64,000 nt of DNA from Octopus bimaculoides (Eukaryota), in assembly GCF_001194135.2 (NCBI RefSeq), contig NC_068989.1, positions 10,688,358-10,752,357 on the forward strand, written 5' to 3'. A program made the position numbers and the translations under genes. The notes under the pieces are model-generated. The model did no database searches, was not told where the DNA came from, and saw only the letters and a list, made by a program, of their open reading frames with translations. Each line of letters begins with the position of its first letter. The first letter of the stretch is position 1. Below, one piece after another: positions 40,188 to 54,004 of the stretch.

Positions 40188-43036
40188 CATACATACATAC
40201 ATAAATACGTACATACATATGTGTTGTATAGAGGTTGTCATTGGCAACATAAAGATATGAGTCTGATGACTTATTGATATCTAGTAAATCTACAACAAGT
40301 CACCCAGGTAGAGTCCATCCAACGTTGAAGATTGAATGGAAGTTAAAAATTCTCCTGATACATGGATTACCTTGTATTTCGACAGAACTTATTTATAGCT
40401 AGATGAATTCAACTGTTAAGAATTAATTCTCTTGACTATTATACAAAATATATTCAGCTACAATATTGAAACGATTTATTCTGTCGTTTATCATTTATAT
40501 ATATACTCTATACAATACTTGAAACAATGTTATGATGTGTTATAAGATATTCTTTTCTACAAAGGCACAAGGCCCGAAATTTTTGGGGAGGGGTCCATTC
40601 GATTAGATCGACCCCAGTACGCAACTGGTACTTAATTTATCGACTTCGAAAGGTTGAAAGGTAAAGTCAACCTCTGCGGAATTTGAACTCAGAATGTAAA
40701 TAACGGCAGACGAAATACCGCTAAGCATTTCGCCCGGTGTGCTAATGTTTCTGCCAGCTCGCCACCTTGAAGTGCTATAAGATTTTTTTTTTTTACTATA
40801 GTTTCAGCTCAGAGCTGAGGCCATGCTGATGCACCGCCGTTATTGTCTAAACATATTCAATATCATATAACTTTACGGAGAGTGCTTGAGTTTGGATTCT
40901 TATTTGTCGTAATTGTACTTCACCAATACCATAAATAAACTTTTGCAGAGACTCAACGACTGGTGAAAGGGAATAGACTTGAAATTATACTTACTGTTGT
41001 CACACAAGGTAATGAGAAAAGATAAGCTGATCCTACAACGATTAAGGTGAAGATCTCACGGGAATATTTATGAACGAAGAACCGTTTGAGTTCGTCTTTC
41101 AAGCCTGTCAACGGCGATTCTAAACCACCAAACTGGAAAAGAATATTATGTATAAGAATATAAAAATATATATATAAGAATATATATGTGTGTGTGTATG
41201 TGTGTATGTGTGTGTNNNNNNNNNNNNNNNNNNNNNNNNNNNNNNNNNNNNNNNNNNNNNNNNNNNNNNNNNNNNNNNNNNNNNNNNNNNNNNNNNNNNN
41301 NNNNNNNNNNNNNNNNNNNNNNNNNNNNNNNNNNNNNNNNNNNNNNNNNNNNNNNNNNNNNNNNNNNNNNNNNNNNNNNNNNNNNNNNNNNNNNNNNNNN
41401 NNNNNNNNNNNNNNNNNNNNNNNNNNNNNNNNNNNNNNNNNNNNNNNNNNNNNNNNNNNNNNNNNNNNNNNNNNNNNNNNNNNNNNNNNNNNNNNNNNNN
41501 NNNNNNNNNNNNNNNNNNNNNNNNNNNNNNNNNNNNNNNNNNNNNAAAATATATATATAAGAATATATATGTGTGTGTGTATGTGTGTATGTGTGTGTGT
41601 GTGTGTGGGTGTGTGTATGTGTATGTGTAATTGAAGAGGGAAACAGAAAATGGATTTGGCATGAATCTTTATTCAACACGACGATCGTTTTGACCCATCC
41701 TTAAGCTGTCCCTTACGGTAGGATATTGTGCATCTAGTTGTGTTGCATCAATCAGTGCAGTCTGTGTCACCTCGGGTATTTGATGTAAAAAATACCCTAC
41801 TAAAATGCTGAGTTCCTCTTGGCATGTTGTACTCGTGCGGGACAACTGTACTTTAATCGGCATACTAATGTGAAGGCGCATGGCTCAGCGGTTAGAGCAT
41901 CGAGCTTATAATCGTGAGGTTGTGAGTTCGCTTCCCAGACCGGGGTTTGTGTTGTGTTGTGTTCTTGAGCAAGACACTTTATTTCTTGTTGTTCCAGTTC
42001 ACTCAGCTGTAGAAATGAGTTGTGACATCACTGGTGCCAAGCTGTATCGGCCCCTTTGCCTTTCCCTTGGATAACATCAGTGGTGTGGAGAGGGGAGGCT
42101 GGTATTCATGGGTGACTGCTGGTTTTCCACAAACAACCTTGCCCGGACTTGTGCCTCGGAGGGTAACTTTCTAGGTGCAATCCCATGGTCATTCCTGACC
42201 GAATGGGGTCTAAATAAAAAAATAGAAATATATCCAAAGTCCAAATAANNNNNNNNNNNNNNNNNNNNNNNNNNNNNNNNNNNNNNNNNNNNNNNNNNNN
42301 NNNNNNNNNNNNNNNNNNNNNNNNNNNNNNNNNNNNNNNNNNNNNNNNNNNNNNNNNNNNNNNNNNNNNNNNNNNNNNNNNNNNNNNNNNNNNNNNNNNN
42401 NNNNNNNNNNNNNNNNNNNNNNNNNNNNNNNNNNNNNNNNNNNNNNNNNNNNNNNNNNNNNNNNNNNNNNNNNNNNNNNNNNNNNNNNNNNNNNNNNNNN
42501 NNNNNNNNNNNNNNNNNNNNNNNNNNNNNNNNNNNNNNNNNNNNNNNNNNNNNNNNNNNNNNNNNNNNNNNNNNNNNNNNNNNNNNNNNNNNNNNNNNNN
42601 NNNNNNNNNNNNNNNNNNNNNNNNNNNNNNNNNNNNNNNNNNNNNNNNNNNNNNNNNNNNNNNNNNNNNNNNNNNNNNNNNNNNNNNNNNNNNNNNNNNN
42701 NNNNNNNNNNNNNNNNNNNNNNNNNNNNNNNNNNNNNNNNNNNNNNNNNNNNNNNNNNNNNNNNNNNNNNNNNNNNNNNNNNNNNNNNNNNNNNNNNNNN
42801 NNNNNNNNNNNNNNNNNNNNNNNNNNNNNNNNNNNNNNNNNNNNNNNNNNNNNNNNNNNNNNNNNNNNNNNNNNNNNNNNNNNNNNNNNNNNNNNNNNNN
42901 NNNNNNNNNNNNNNNNNNNNNNNNNNNNNNNNNNNNNNNNNNNNNNNNNNNNNNNNNNNNNNNNNNNNNNNNNNNNNNNNNNNNNNNNNNNNNNNNNNNN
43001 NNNNNNNNNNNNNNNNNNNNNNNNNNNNNNNNNNNN

Positions 43037-43084
<48 letters not shown>

Positions 43085-43587
43085 ATATTTTGGACTGATG
43101 AGTATACATCAATTAGTATGCTGATGTTTTGAGTGAAGCAATGGCACAGTTTGGCTACTAGGAGTCATCCGCAGTTGAGGTATATTTTTGTTGGATTTAC
43201 TTCAGGAATTCCGCATTGTTAGTTGAGATAACAATCGTTTAAGTGAACAGAAGATGGAATTGGTATAACTCTTTATTTTGTAAGACGATCGTTTCGACTC
43301 ATTCTGCAACTATCCTTTATGGGTCGTGTTTCGTCGTCTTCGCTGTCCGTATCTTCGCCCGCGGTCGACTGCAACGTCGAAAACCAATTATAACTGAAGA
43401 GGGCAAATAACAACATATCTGCCCCAACTCAAGATCTTTAGCGAGACTCCACGTTATGTATGAATGTACCTGATCTAACCTAGACTGCAAGATTGATGCA
43501 ACATAAAGGACGGTCGCAGGATGGATCGAAATGATCGTCATACAAAATAAAGAGTTATACCAATTTCATCTTCAGTTAACTTAATCG

Positions 43588-43634
<47 letters not shown>

Positions 43635-43991
43635 ANNNNNNNNNNTTCCTATATTTCTGACGAAGATCTGCGATCGAAACGTTAAATCCTCTTTCCTTCC
43701 TTTCCTGAGCGTCCAATAACACTGTACTTATTCCATGACCTCGCGTTGTTTTTTCGTGTTTTTTCGTGTTTTTTCTTGCTTGTTTATGTTGAAATTAACT
43801 ATATATATGGGTATATATAAATGTATGTGTGTATATATGTATATACGTATATATACAGGTATGTATATATATGTGTGTGTATATAAATATGCATATATAT
43901 ATATATGTGTATATATATATGTATATAAATATGCATATATATATATGTGTATATATATATGTATATATATGCATGTATGTATGTATGTATG

Positions 43992-44060
<69 letters not shown>

Positions 44061-47000
44061 CCACTCAAAAGAAATTTACGTTTGTTTTAATTTTAATGCG
44101 AGAAAACATTGTACTTACCGCACTGTCTAAACCTAGAGTTAGCAACATTAGAAAAAACAGAATCGACCATGCTGTCGAACCAGGCAGGGTAGAAATAGCC
44201 TCTGGGTAAACTATGAACACTAAACCAGGACCTTAAAAGAAAAAGATATACAACAGCCGAAATATTTAACGAATATTTAAATAATAAGTTAAAATTAATT
44301 ATGATGCTCCGCTTAACGAATGCCCTGAACGATGAGGTGTGTTTCTGTAAGCGTTTCATGGTCATCCCTTGCTTGTATGATCGTCACTAAATAAAACACA
44401 CACACACAAACATAAAAAGAAATTGTTCATTGATGTGAATAGGGCGTTTCGATTTCGGCTTTTAAAATCAAGTTTCCATTATTTATCAAGTTAGTCACAG
44501 GCAATTTACAGTTGAAAAAAGGAGGTAAATAAAGCTTTTTCCATTTCTTGATGAATCTAGATTTATTTAAAAAAATTATAACATTCATCTTGTTCTTAAT
44601 CCAGGTAATGAACACAAGACAGAAGTATTCTCGGTATGCTGTTGAGTAGAAAAAGCTTAATCTATGATCCTTAACAGAAAACAATTCTCGTGCTCCTGTT
44701 TAATATATGGAGAGATGGAATACAACACATTGCTCTCTTTACATATTAGATTTATATTTTTATAATACTAGTGATTGTTACCACTTCAAAATTGTTGCTC
44801 TCAAGTATTTTAATTTTAGAGATTGTCTCAATTTTCAACGAAGTTTGAACTCACCTTCAGTAGCAACCTCTGATATATCCTTGTTGGTTTTAAACGCCAT
44901 ATAGCCGAGGTAGGAGAAGATTACAAAACCAGAGAATATACTGGTAAAACTATTGATGACAGCAGTTATCAAACAGTCCCTGCAAAAATATGCGAGATTT
45001 TAGAAGAAAACTGAAGGGAATTGAATAAACTTTAAACATCGTATTTTTATGGTTAAAAAAAATAAAATAGCCACTAGTACAAAGTTATTTTAGCGGGTAT
45101 TAGCTAGTTTTCTAATTCACAAATAAGAGACAAACATAGATCCAAACAACGAATGCGTTTATTTTGTGCTTGACTTATTCATATCAATCAGAATATGGTA
45201 ATGAGTAGTTAGTTCTATTCACATGAAAGAAACAGCAGAATTGAGTGTATGGCAATTTTGTTTTGTATGATTCAGTAGTTATCTAAGTGTAGCAAAATAA
45301 AAATATACAACCGAGAGAGAGAGAGTCGAAGTTTATTCATTTTAAGTATGATATCATAAAGCTCTGCAAAGGAAGAGATGGAAGTAAAATCTTAGAAACC
45401 AAGTTAGAGATAAATATTTAAAGAAAAAAGATTTGCCACCTGATGCAAATCTAATGAACCTTGATTTATCAAGCACATCGGGTACCCGGTCGTGTTAATG
45501 CACTTAGTGACATTAACCTTGCCAATTGACCAGATTGAGGCGTTATAGCTGTACAGGGTGTGCCAACAAAATACAAGAAATAAGAAAAAGCAGAAAACAT
45601 TCATGAAAAAAAAAAAACTATTATACACCCAGTAAAAGAAAAACTCACACACGTTAAACAAGATACATAAAAGAAATGTATCATTCTACAAAACAGCATT
45701 TCCAGGATCAACCTTGAAGCGACTTCAATACTGGGATCTCGGCCATGATGATATCTTCCAACGAGTCCTAGGTACTGAGAGGCCGACGGTCGGTCAACCC
45801 CGACGATACCTCAGACGTAACCAGAAACTCATATGGTGTGAATTACATCATGAAAAGTTTTGGTTAGTTACTACCGGATAGCGACAACCTTCTGAAATGA
45901 AACCGAATCACGACAGAACATACATCCCTGAACGACACATCAGTGAACGACACGTCCGTGAACGACACGTCCGTGAACGACACATCCGTGCAAACGGTGG
46001 TATTGTGTGTGTGTAAGAGTGTTTATGTGTGTGTTTGTGTATACTCATGTTGTTCGATTGGGTTAATTTAGTTTTGTTCTATTTGTTGTAGAGTGTCTCC
46101 TGCCTACTTTTGTGCATGTAGATCACATCACGTGATTTATTTCCCCCTCCCAATCTATTTACTGGTGTTCGTTCTTTGTAAGCATTTGGAATTCACTTCC
46201 GAGAGATTATCGTCATCGGAGAGCTAGAATGCTATAAACTACAAATAAACTTGCAGGATAATTTTCCCCCTTTTTTTCTCTTATGTCCGTCGACTTCGAT
46301 CCAACGAATACTCGACACACCAGCTCCTACTTATACGCAAATCTCACATCTTATTACTCCTGAAAATTTAATTTCCCAACATATATATACGCAGAATCTG
46401 CTGCCCCGGAAACAATCTTTATTCAAACTTCATTATAGAATGTGATATCTTCTCTGTTCATATCTAAGTTCCACTCTTCCACCATTTATTTTGTTGTTGG
46501 CACTCCGTCGCTTACGATGTCAAGGGTTCCAGTTGATCCGATCAACGGAACAGCCTGCTCGTGAAATTAACGTGCAAGTGGCTGAGCATTCCACAGACGT
46601 AGTTCTCGGGGATATTCAGCGTGACACAGTGTGACAAGGCTGATCCTTTGAATTACAGGCACAACAGAAACAGGAAGTAAGAGTGAGAGAAAGTTGTGGT
46701 GGAAGAGTACAGCAGGGTTCGCCACCATCCCCTGCCGGAGCCTCGTGGAGCTTTAGGTGTTTTCGCTCAATAAACACTCACAACGCCCGGTCTGAGAATC
46801 GAAACCGCGATCCTATGACCGCGAGTCCGCTGCCCTAACCACTGGGCCATTGCGCCTCCACCCACTATTTATAGGTATCCTTTAAATGTCAGTAATAAAG
46901 GCTACCAATTATTCCATCTCAATGTTGCTCTCTGTCACTCCTCAAAATACGTCAAGCAATTTTCTCTACCGCTCTCCAAACTCCTCGAACCCCCAACAAC

Positions 47001-49675
47001 GATTTGGCAATATCTCTTCACACATCAAGGACATGTATCTGTCCTCGCTTTTCGAATGTTTAGCAAAATTGGTGACTGGACATCTGCAGCACTTCTGGAA
47101 ACATTTGGTAGAGTGTTATCTGACGTTTACTGTTAGGAGCAGACTGATGGTGCCTCTAGGACCATAGTATTTGTAAGGAAAGCTTGGTATTTCTAACACT
47201 GCATATATATTATATGCGTGTTCATGTGTGGTTGGGTGTACGCGTGCGTGTGCGTGATTGAATCATTGCTCCTTTGAAATTTATCTAGCCTTTTTCTCTT
47301 CAGAATTCAAGCGAGTTACTAACAGAGACAAAACTCTTTTGTTTAAGCGAAGACATCCCTTTATGTATGTATGTATGTATGTATGTATGTATGTATGTAT
47401 GTATGTATGTATGTATGTATGTATGTGTGTGTGTGTGTGTATGTGTGTATGTACGTACGTATGCATGTTCGTACTATGTATGTATTTATGTATGTATTTA
47501 TGTATGTATGTGTGTATGTACATATGTGTGTATGTGTGTATGCATGCATGCACGCGTGTATGTATGTATGTATGCATGCATGCACGTATGTATTTATGCA
47601 TGTATGTATGTATGTATGTATGTATGTATTATTTACGCATGCATGTATGTATGCATTTATGTATGTACGTATGAATGCATGTTGCAAAACAATAGACAAT
47701 TACAACATAATATACTTTATGAACAAATAGTTTGAGCTTAAAATCTATTTCGATCGATTTGTTGGAAAATTGTTTGATAACGAAGCTTGCAGTAAACTGA
47801 TGCTTATTTAATTTAATTTAATTTAATTTATTTATGCATTTATTTTATTTTATTTTATTGTTTTTGGTATTACCTGTAGCAGTTGTGTTTGAACTTATTA
47901 TAGCTGGCATATGCAATATGCACTCCAAAACCAGCTCCAACCGAAAAATAAATTTGAACTGCAGCGTCAATCCACACCTGAAAAGATAAAAATGAAAATT
48001 TTAAACGTTGGAGTTGATTGGATGAAGAGAGATACTATCGAAGCGTGTCTTTTATTTCAAAATATGCTTAGTAATTTAAATTCCAAAAAAAAACAAAAAA
48101 AACTGAAGAAACGTGGAAACGCTTAGTATCGTAATTGAACGAAGAACAAACGTGATAATTTGTGAAGCCTTCAGTAACTCAAGACTGAAGTGTCCAGAGA
48201 TTAAAAGTGATACAGAATTGAAGTTTAGTGTTAGTGTTTATTAAAAGGAGACAAATACACACCTGGAGGTCTCCTAATCTACTGGTGTTCGGTGTAATGA
48301 AATAACGAACACCTTTTGCAGCTCCAGGTAACATAACTCCACGGATGAGTAAAATAGCCAAAACTATATATGGCAACGTTGCAGTGATATATACGACCTG
48401 TGAAGAAATTAAAAGAGCGGTATCATTTACAACATCAGATAAAAACAACATTGATCTCAACTAGAACAATGAGAAAAACAATAATCTGGTTATAGTCTGC
48501 GGGCATAATGAGGCATCGTTTTGAAGGGTTTTAGCCGAACAAATCGGCCCCATTACTTGTTTGCTTTGAAGTCCGGTGCTTATTCTAACGGTCTTTTTGC
48601 CCAAATGCTAAGTTACTGAGGACACAAACAAATAAACACTGGCTTTAGAGCGTGGGGTGTCATACACAGACACACACATCGGCAGCTTGCTTACCAGCCA
48701 TATGGTTCCGGGTTCAGTCCCACGGCGTGGCACCTTGGGCAAGTGTCTTCTACTATAGCCTCGGGCCGACCAAAGCCTTGTGAGTGGACTCGGTAGACGG
48801 AAACTGAAAGAAACCTGTCGTATATATATATATATATATATATATNNNNNNNNNNNNNNNNNNNNNNNNNNNNNNNNNNNNNNNNNNNNNNNNNNNNNNN
48901 NNNNNNNNNNNNNNNNNNNNNNNNNNNNNNNNNNNNNNNNNNNNNNNNNNNNNNNNNNNNNNNNNNNNNNNNNNNNNNNNNNNNNNNNNNNNNNNNNNNN
49001 NNNNNNNNNNNNNNNNNNNNNNNNNNNNNNNNNNNNNNNNNNNNNNNNNNNNNNNNNNNNNNNNNNNNNNNNNNNNNNNNNNNNNNNNNNNNNNNNNNNN
49101 NNNNNNNNNNNNNNNNNNNNNNNNNNNNNNNNNNNNNNNNNNNNNNNNNNNNNNNNNNNNNNNNNNNNNNNNNNNNNNNNNNNNNNNNNNNNNNNNNNNN
49201 NNNNNNNNNNNNNNNNNNNNNNNNNNNNNNNNNNNNNNNNNNNNNNNNNNNNNNNNNNNNNNNNNNNNNNNNNNNNNNNNNNNNNNNNNNNNNNNNNNNN
49301 NNNNNNNNNNNNNNNNNNNNNNNNNNNNNNNNNNNNNNNNNNNNNNNNNNNNNNNNNNNNNNNNNNNNNNNNNNNNNNNNNNNNNNNNNNNNNNNNNNNN
49401 NNNNNNNNNNNNNNNNNNNNNNNNNNNNNNNNNNNNNNNNNNNNNNNNNNNNNNNNNNNNNTCTTTCCCTTGTTTCACTCATTAGACTGCGACGATACTG
49501 GAGCACCGCGTTGAAAAATTTTATTGAAGTGAATCGATCATAATATTTACATTTGTTAAAGCCTTGTACTTATTTTATCTACATCTTCTGCCGAACCGTT
49601 AAGTTACAAGGAAATAAAAACACCAGCACTAGTTGTCAAGCGGTGGTGGTGGACAAAGGCACAGACACAGACACA

Positions 49676-49729
<54 letters not shown>

Positions 49730-50528
49730 GGTAAGTCAATGACATAGATCTCAGTTCTCGACTGGTACTTATCTTATCGACCCCAAAAGGAAGAAAAGTA
49801 AAGTCACCCTCGGTGGAATAATCAACATCATAATATTGTTTCAATATTATTTCGATGTGCGCAGGCATAGCTGTGTGGTTAAGAAGCTAGTTTAAAAGCA
49901 ACGTACTATGGGCTGCGCAGCACCTCGGGTAAGTGTCTTTTACTATAGTCCCAGGCCTATCAATGCATTGTGAGTGAATTTGGTAGACGTAAACTGAATG
50001 GAAACCCGTCGTATATGCATTCATATATATTCCTTGTACCACATGGATGAATTAGAGCAGAACTTAACATTTAAAAAAATTCAACCATGTTATTACAAAT
50101 AATTTTTTACATTCGACCTCTACATTAGATTTGCCTATTGCGAGGAGATTTTGAATTGTGGGACAAGAGGATTTCAGCTGTTTTACACATAGAAAACAGG
50201 CATGACACGAGTATAAATGCTAGAAGCAAACTTACGGCTGTTTCAAATACTACATTTCTTTTAACGCGACGTCTCTTCCACTTGACCATTGCAATTCATC
50301 TTCGTCGAAAGAAATGAAACTATTTCAACGACAGCACAACAAATATATAACTTACCTTTCCTGAGCTTTTAACACCTTTCCATAAACTGAAGTAGAGTAT
50401 AATAAACGTGGAGAGTGTACAGAGGGCTAACTGCCATTTTATGTATCCTAGATCATCGATACCGGAACTGTGATGAAGACTGAGTGTTTCACGTCTGTCG
50501 AATAGGTAATGGAGAAAAGAAAATAATA

Positions 50529-50572
<44 letters not shown>

Positions 50573-50582
50573 AACACACACA

Positions 50583-50623
<41 letters not shown>

Positions 50624-52305
50624 ACATATATGTGTATGTGTGTATGTGTGTGAGTGTGCATTCAAAGTGCAATGGTAAGGGCGTTCATTCATTTATATCT
50701 GATTGCGTGTATGCGTGTAAAATATATAAAGTTTCTCCTATCGACACAATAAGCATTTTTATGTAAATATACAAAAGGGTGATAATATAGCATACATACA
50801 TCAACAAAAGTGAAGCCACAAAGTTGGTTAGCCACATATGGGATTTGGAAACTAACTGCACACTACATGCAATCAAGTGGTGAATAGTAAAGAAATCCAT
50901 TCCATATTTAAACGGATTTAAAATATGCAACTTATACATAGCTGAATGGTTGCACATCCGTTTTAGATCCCAAAATTTCACCACACCACTTAATTCTAGA
51001 TCTAGAATTTTCAACAAATGCAAGCATATGAACAAATTTCTTTTGGTGAACTGGAGGACACTAGCCTTTCCGGATCGAGCAGCTGCCTTGCACATTCGAC
51101 CCCGCTCTGCTGAATTATTCTATAAACAACTAGTTTAATAATGACGTTTACAGTCAAAAGGGATGCAAGTCTAATTTTCTTTTCTTTTCTTTTTCCGTTT
51201 TTATTCACACTTATACTTTTTGCACCAACTTTCCTCTCGTTTTGTCTGGTTTATCCTCGTGATTTGTTATGAATCGAGGTTCTGATTTTTAAATAGAACA
51301 AACGGTATACTTAGAGCCTGGAGATTACTCAGAGACACAAAGTATGTTGTAGAAATTTACTTAGCCTCGTGTCTCTATAGCTAGGACGTATTAGTAGGTT
51401 TTATCTTTATACAATGTACATTAAATGATATCTATCGCTCACTTGGTGGAATAACTTGGTCTTACCTTAATGGAACAGTGAACTATGTGTGAGTGAGTGA
51501 GTGTGTATGTGTGTGTGCGTGTGCGTGTGTGTGTGTTTCTGTGTGGTAAACAAAGAGGAGATTCAGGAAATCCAGGAGAATATTTCAATTAGTGCGCCAT
51601 GCAAAATCCAAGCAGACAGGATGTTTAATAAGGGGGAAAAAATATCCAACAGATCCAAATTAATCCACTCAAACTGAAAATCTAGAAAATATTCATCAGT
51701 CTCAGAATATGGAATAAAACAAACAAAGGAATAAAGATATAGATATCACATTTATTAATCAGTTAAGATCATTTCAATAACCGGTGGAATTGTTACATCA
51801 ATCAACTTGCGGGATTATACATGCACAAAGATTATGTATGTCCGTATGATATTTAAAGACAGTCCCTATCAGTCATGGTCACACGACTGTTAAGCAGAAA
51901 TACTTTTGTACATAGATAGATAGAGTTATAAATACTGTTAGTGGGAGCGGGACTTTGAATATCATAAGCTTTGCAGCAACTAGGTTGGTTTATCTATAGA
52001 GGTGCATAAAATAAAAGAATTAAAAAGACATAAAGCAGCCTGAACCCCGATATAAGATTTATTGTAATGTCAAAGTCACAAGTGCAAGCATATGAAAGAA
52101 CGAAGTTTATAGTGAATCATCTGAGAAGGTTTTTTTCTATACATACCCTGTGAGCTATGTAACTATTGAGATCACTGGAAGAAATGTTTAACTCAATTAC
52201 ACAGATCCCCTTAACAGCTGTCTCTTTCAATGCATAAAGAAATATATGGATTCCTATTCCTAACTACTGGTTGTATGTTGTCACCTTAATTTGCATTACA
52301 AATAC

Positions 52306-52375
<70 letters not shown>

Positions 52376-53184
52376 TCTCACACACATAATGAATGCATGT
52401 ATCTATGTTTTATTACTCAGCGTGTATCTGTCTGAATACCAACTCAGTGAAAAGAGATATATACCATACAAATGAAAGGAACCTCTGCCGAATGTGTGGG
52501 AAGAGGGTCGAAAGTGTGACTCACATTGTTAGTGCTTGTGAAAGTCTTGCACAGAAAAAGTACAAGCGCAGGCACGACAAGGTAGCGCAGAACTTTTACT
52601 GGCTATTATGCCGTAAGCATGGATACAAGGCAACGAGTGCTTGGTATCAACATAAACCAGAAAAGATGAAATAATAGATGAAAAGTAATAGATGAAAAGG
52701 GGAAGGTAAAAATCCTCTAGGACTTTGACTCCCAGATAGACAAGGTGTTAGAGCACCGAAGGCTGGACATAGTAACCTTTAAGGGAGACAAACAAGGGTG
52801 TCTAATAACTGACGTGGCAGTGCCAAGAAATCTACATATTATCGTGAAAGAAAGAGAAAAGATCGATAAATATGAAGACCTGAGACTTGAGATCACCAAG
52901 ATGTGGCAGCCACGAGAGTCAAATATGAAGGTTGTCCCTACTGTCATCGGAGCATTGGGTTCAATACTACACAATCTGATAAAACATCTGGAAACTTTAG
53001 AAATACCCTACAATCTAGACGTATAACAAAAATCGGCATTACTTGGAACTGGACGCATATTGCGTAAAGTACTACTGTCTGTCTAAGATCCGTATTGTGA
53101 CTTGACAAACAGTACAAACGCCGGTAGACACAATATCTTCAATCAACAACCTCACGATATTGGATACTGTGCGACGACTTTAAA

Positions 53185-53258
<74 letters not shown>

Positions 53259-53305
53259 TAATAATAATAATAATCCTTTCTACTACTGGCGCAAGGCTTG
53301 AAATT

Positions 53306-53359
<54 letters not shown>

Positions 53360-53417
53360 GTAATAATAATAATAATAATCCTTTCTACTACTGGCGCAAG
53401 GCTTGAAATTTTAATAA

Positions 53418-53458
<41 letters not shown>

Positions 53459-53855
53459 TTGATAATAACTTATTGTTATTATTGTTATTATTTATACTCT
53501 AGCAAATTCCGCCAAGGTCGTCTTTGCCTTTCATTCTTTCGGGGTCGATAAATTAAGCACCAGCAACACACTGGGGTCAATGTAATCGACTAGTCTCCTT
53601 CCCCAAAAATTTCAGGCCTTGTGTCTATAGTAGAAAGGATCATTTCCACTCTAGGCACAAGGCCTTGAAAATTTTGGGGAAGGGAACTAGTCAGTCACAT
53701 CGACCCCAGCGCGTAACTGGTACTTATTTCATCGACAACCGAAAGGATGAAAGGCAAAGTCGACCTCGACGGAATTTGAACTTGGAACGTAGCAGCAAGC
53801 GAAATACTACTAAGCAGTTCGCCTGACGTGCTAACGATTCTGCCAGGTCGCCGCC

Positions 53856-53936
<81 letters not shown>

Positions 53937-53937
53937 G

Positions 53938-54004
<67 letters not shown>

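Noticed and set aside
41146-41600. Repeated block flanking an N gap next to exon 10
   Set aside because: Same gap-overlap pattern; not treated as biological.
41874-41945. tRNA-like sequences (also 30600-30678 and 35870-35945)
   Set aside because: They continue into SINE bodies and lack a complete acceptor stem; SINE heads, not tRNA genes.
43728-44130. Long YI/HT/CV-repeat ORFs here and elsewhere, and all X-filled ORFs
   Set aside because: Products of microsatellites and N runs.
45404-45661. ORF with NAS/NVT/NTT sequons as a possible extra transporter exon
   Set aside because: The best acceptor gives phase 2, but the flanking exon 7-8 junction is already complete and in frame, and the peptide has no SLC6 similarity.
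46886-47167. 93-aa ORF / possible RTE remnant
   Set aside because: Ambiguous frame assignments; no convincing motif.
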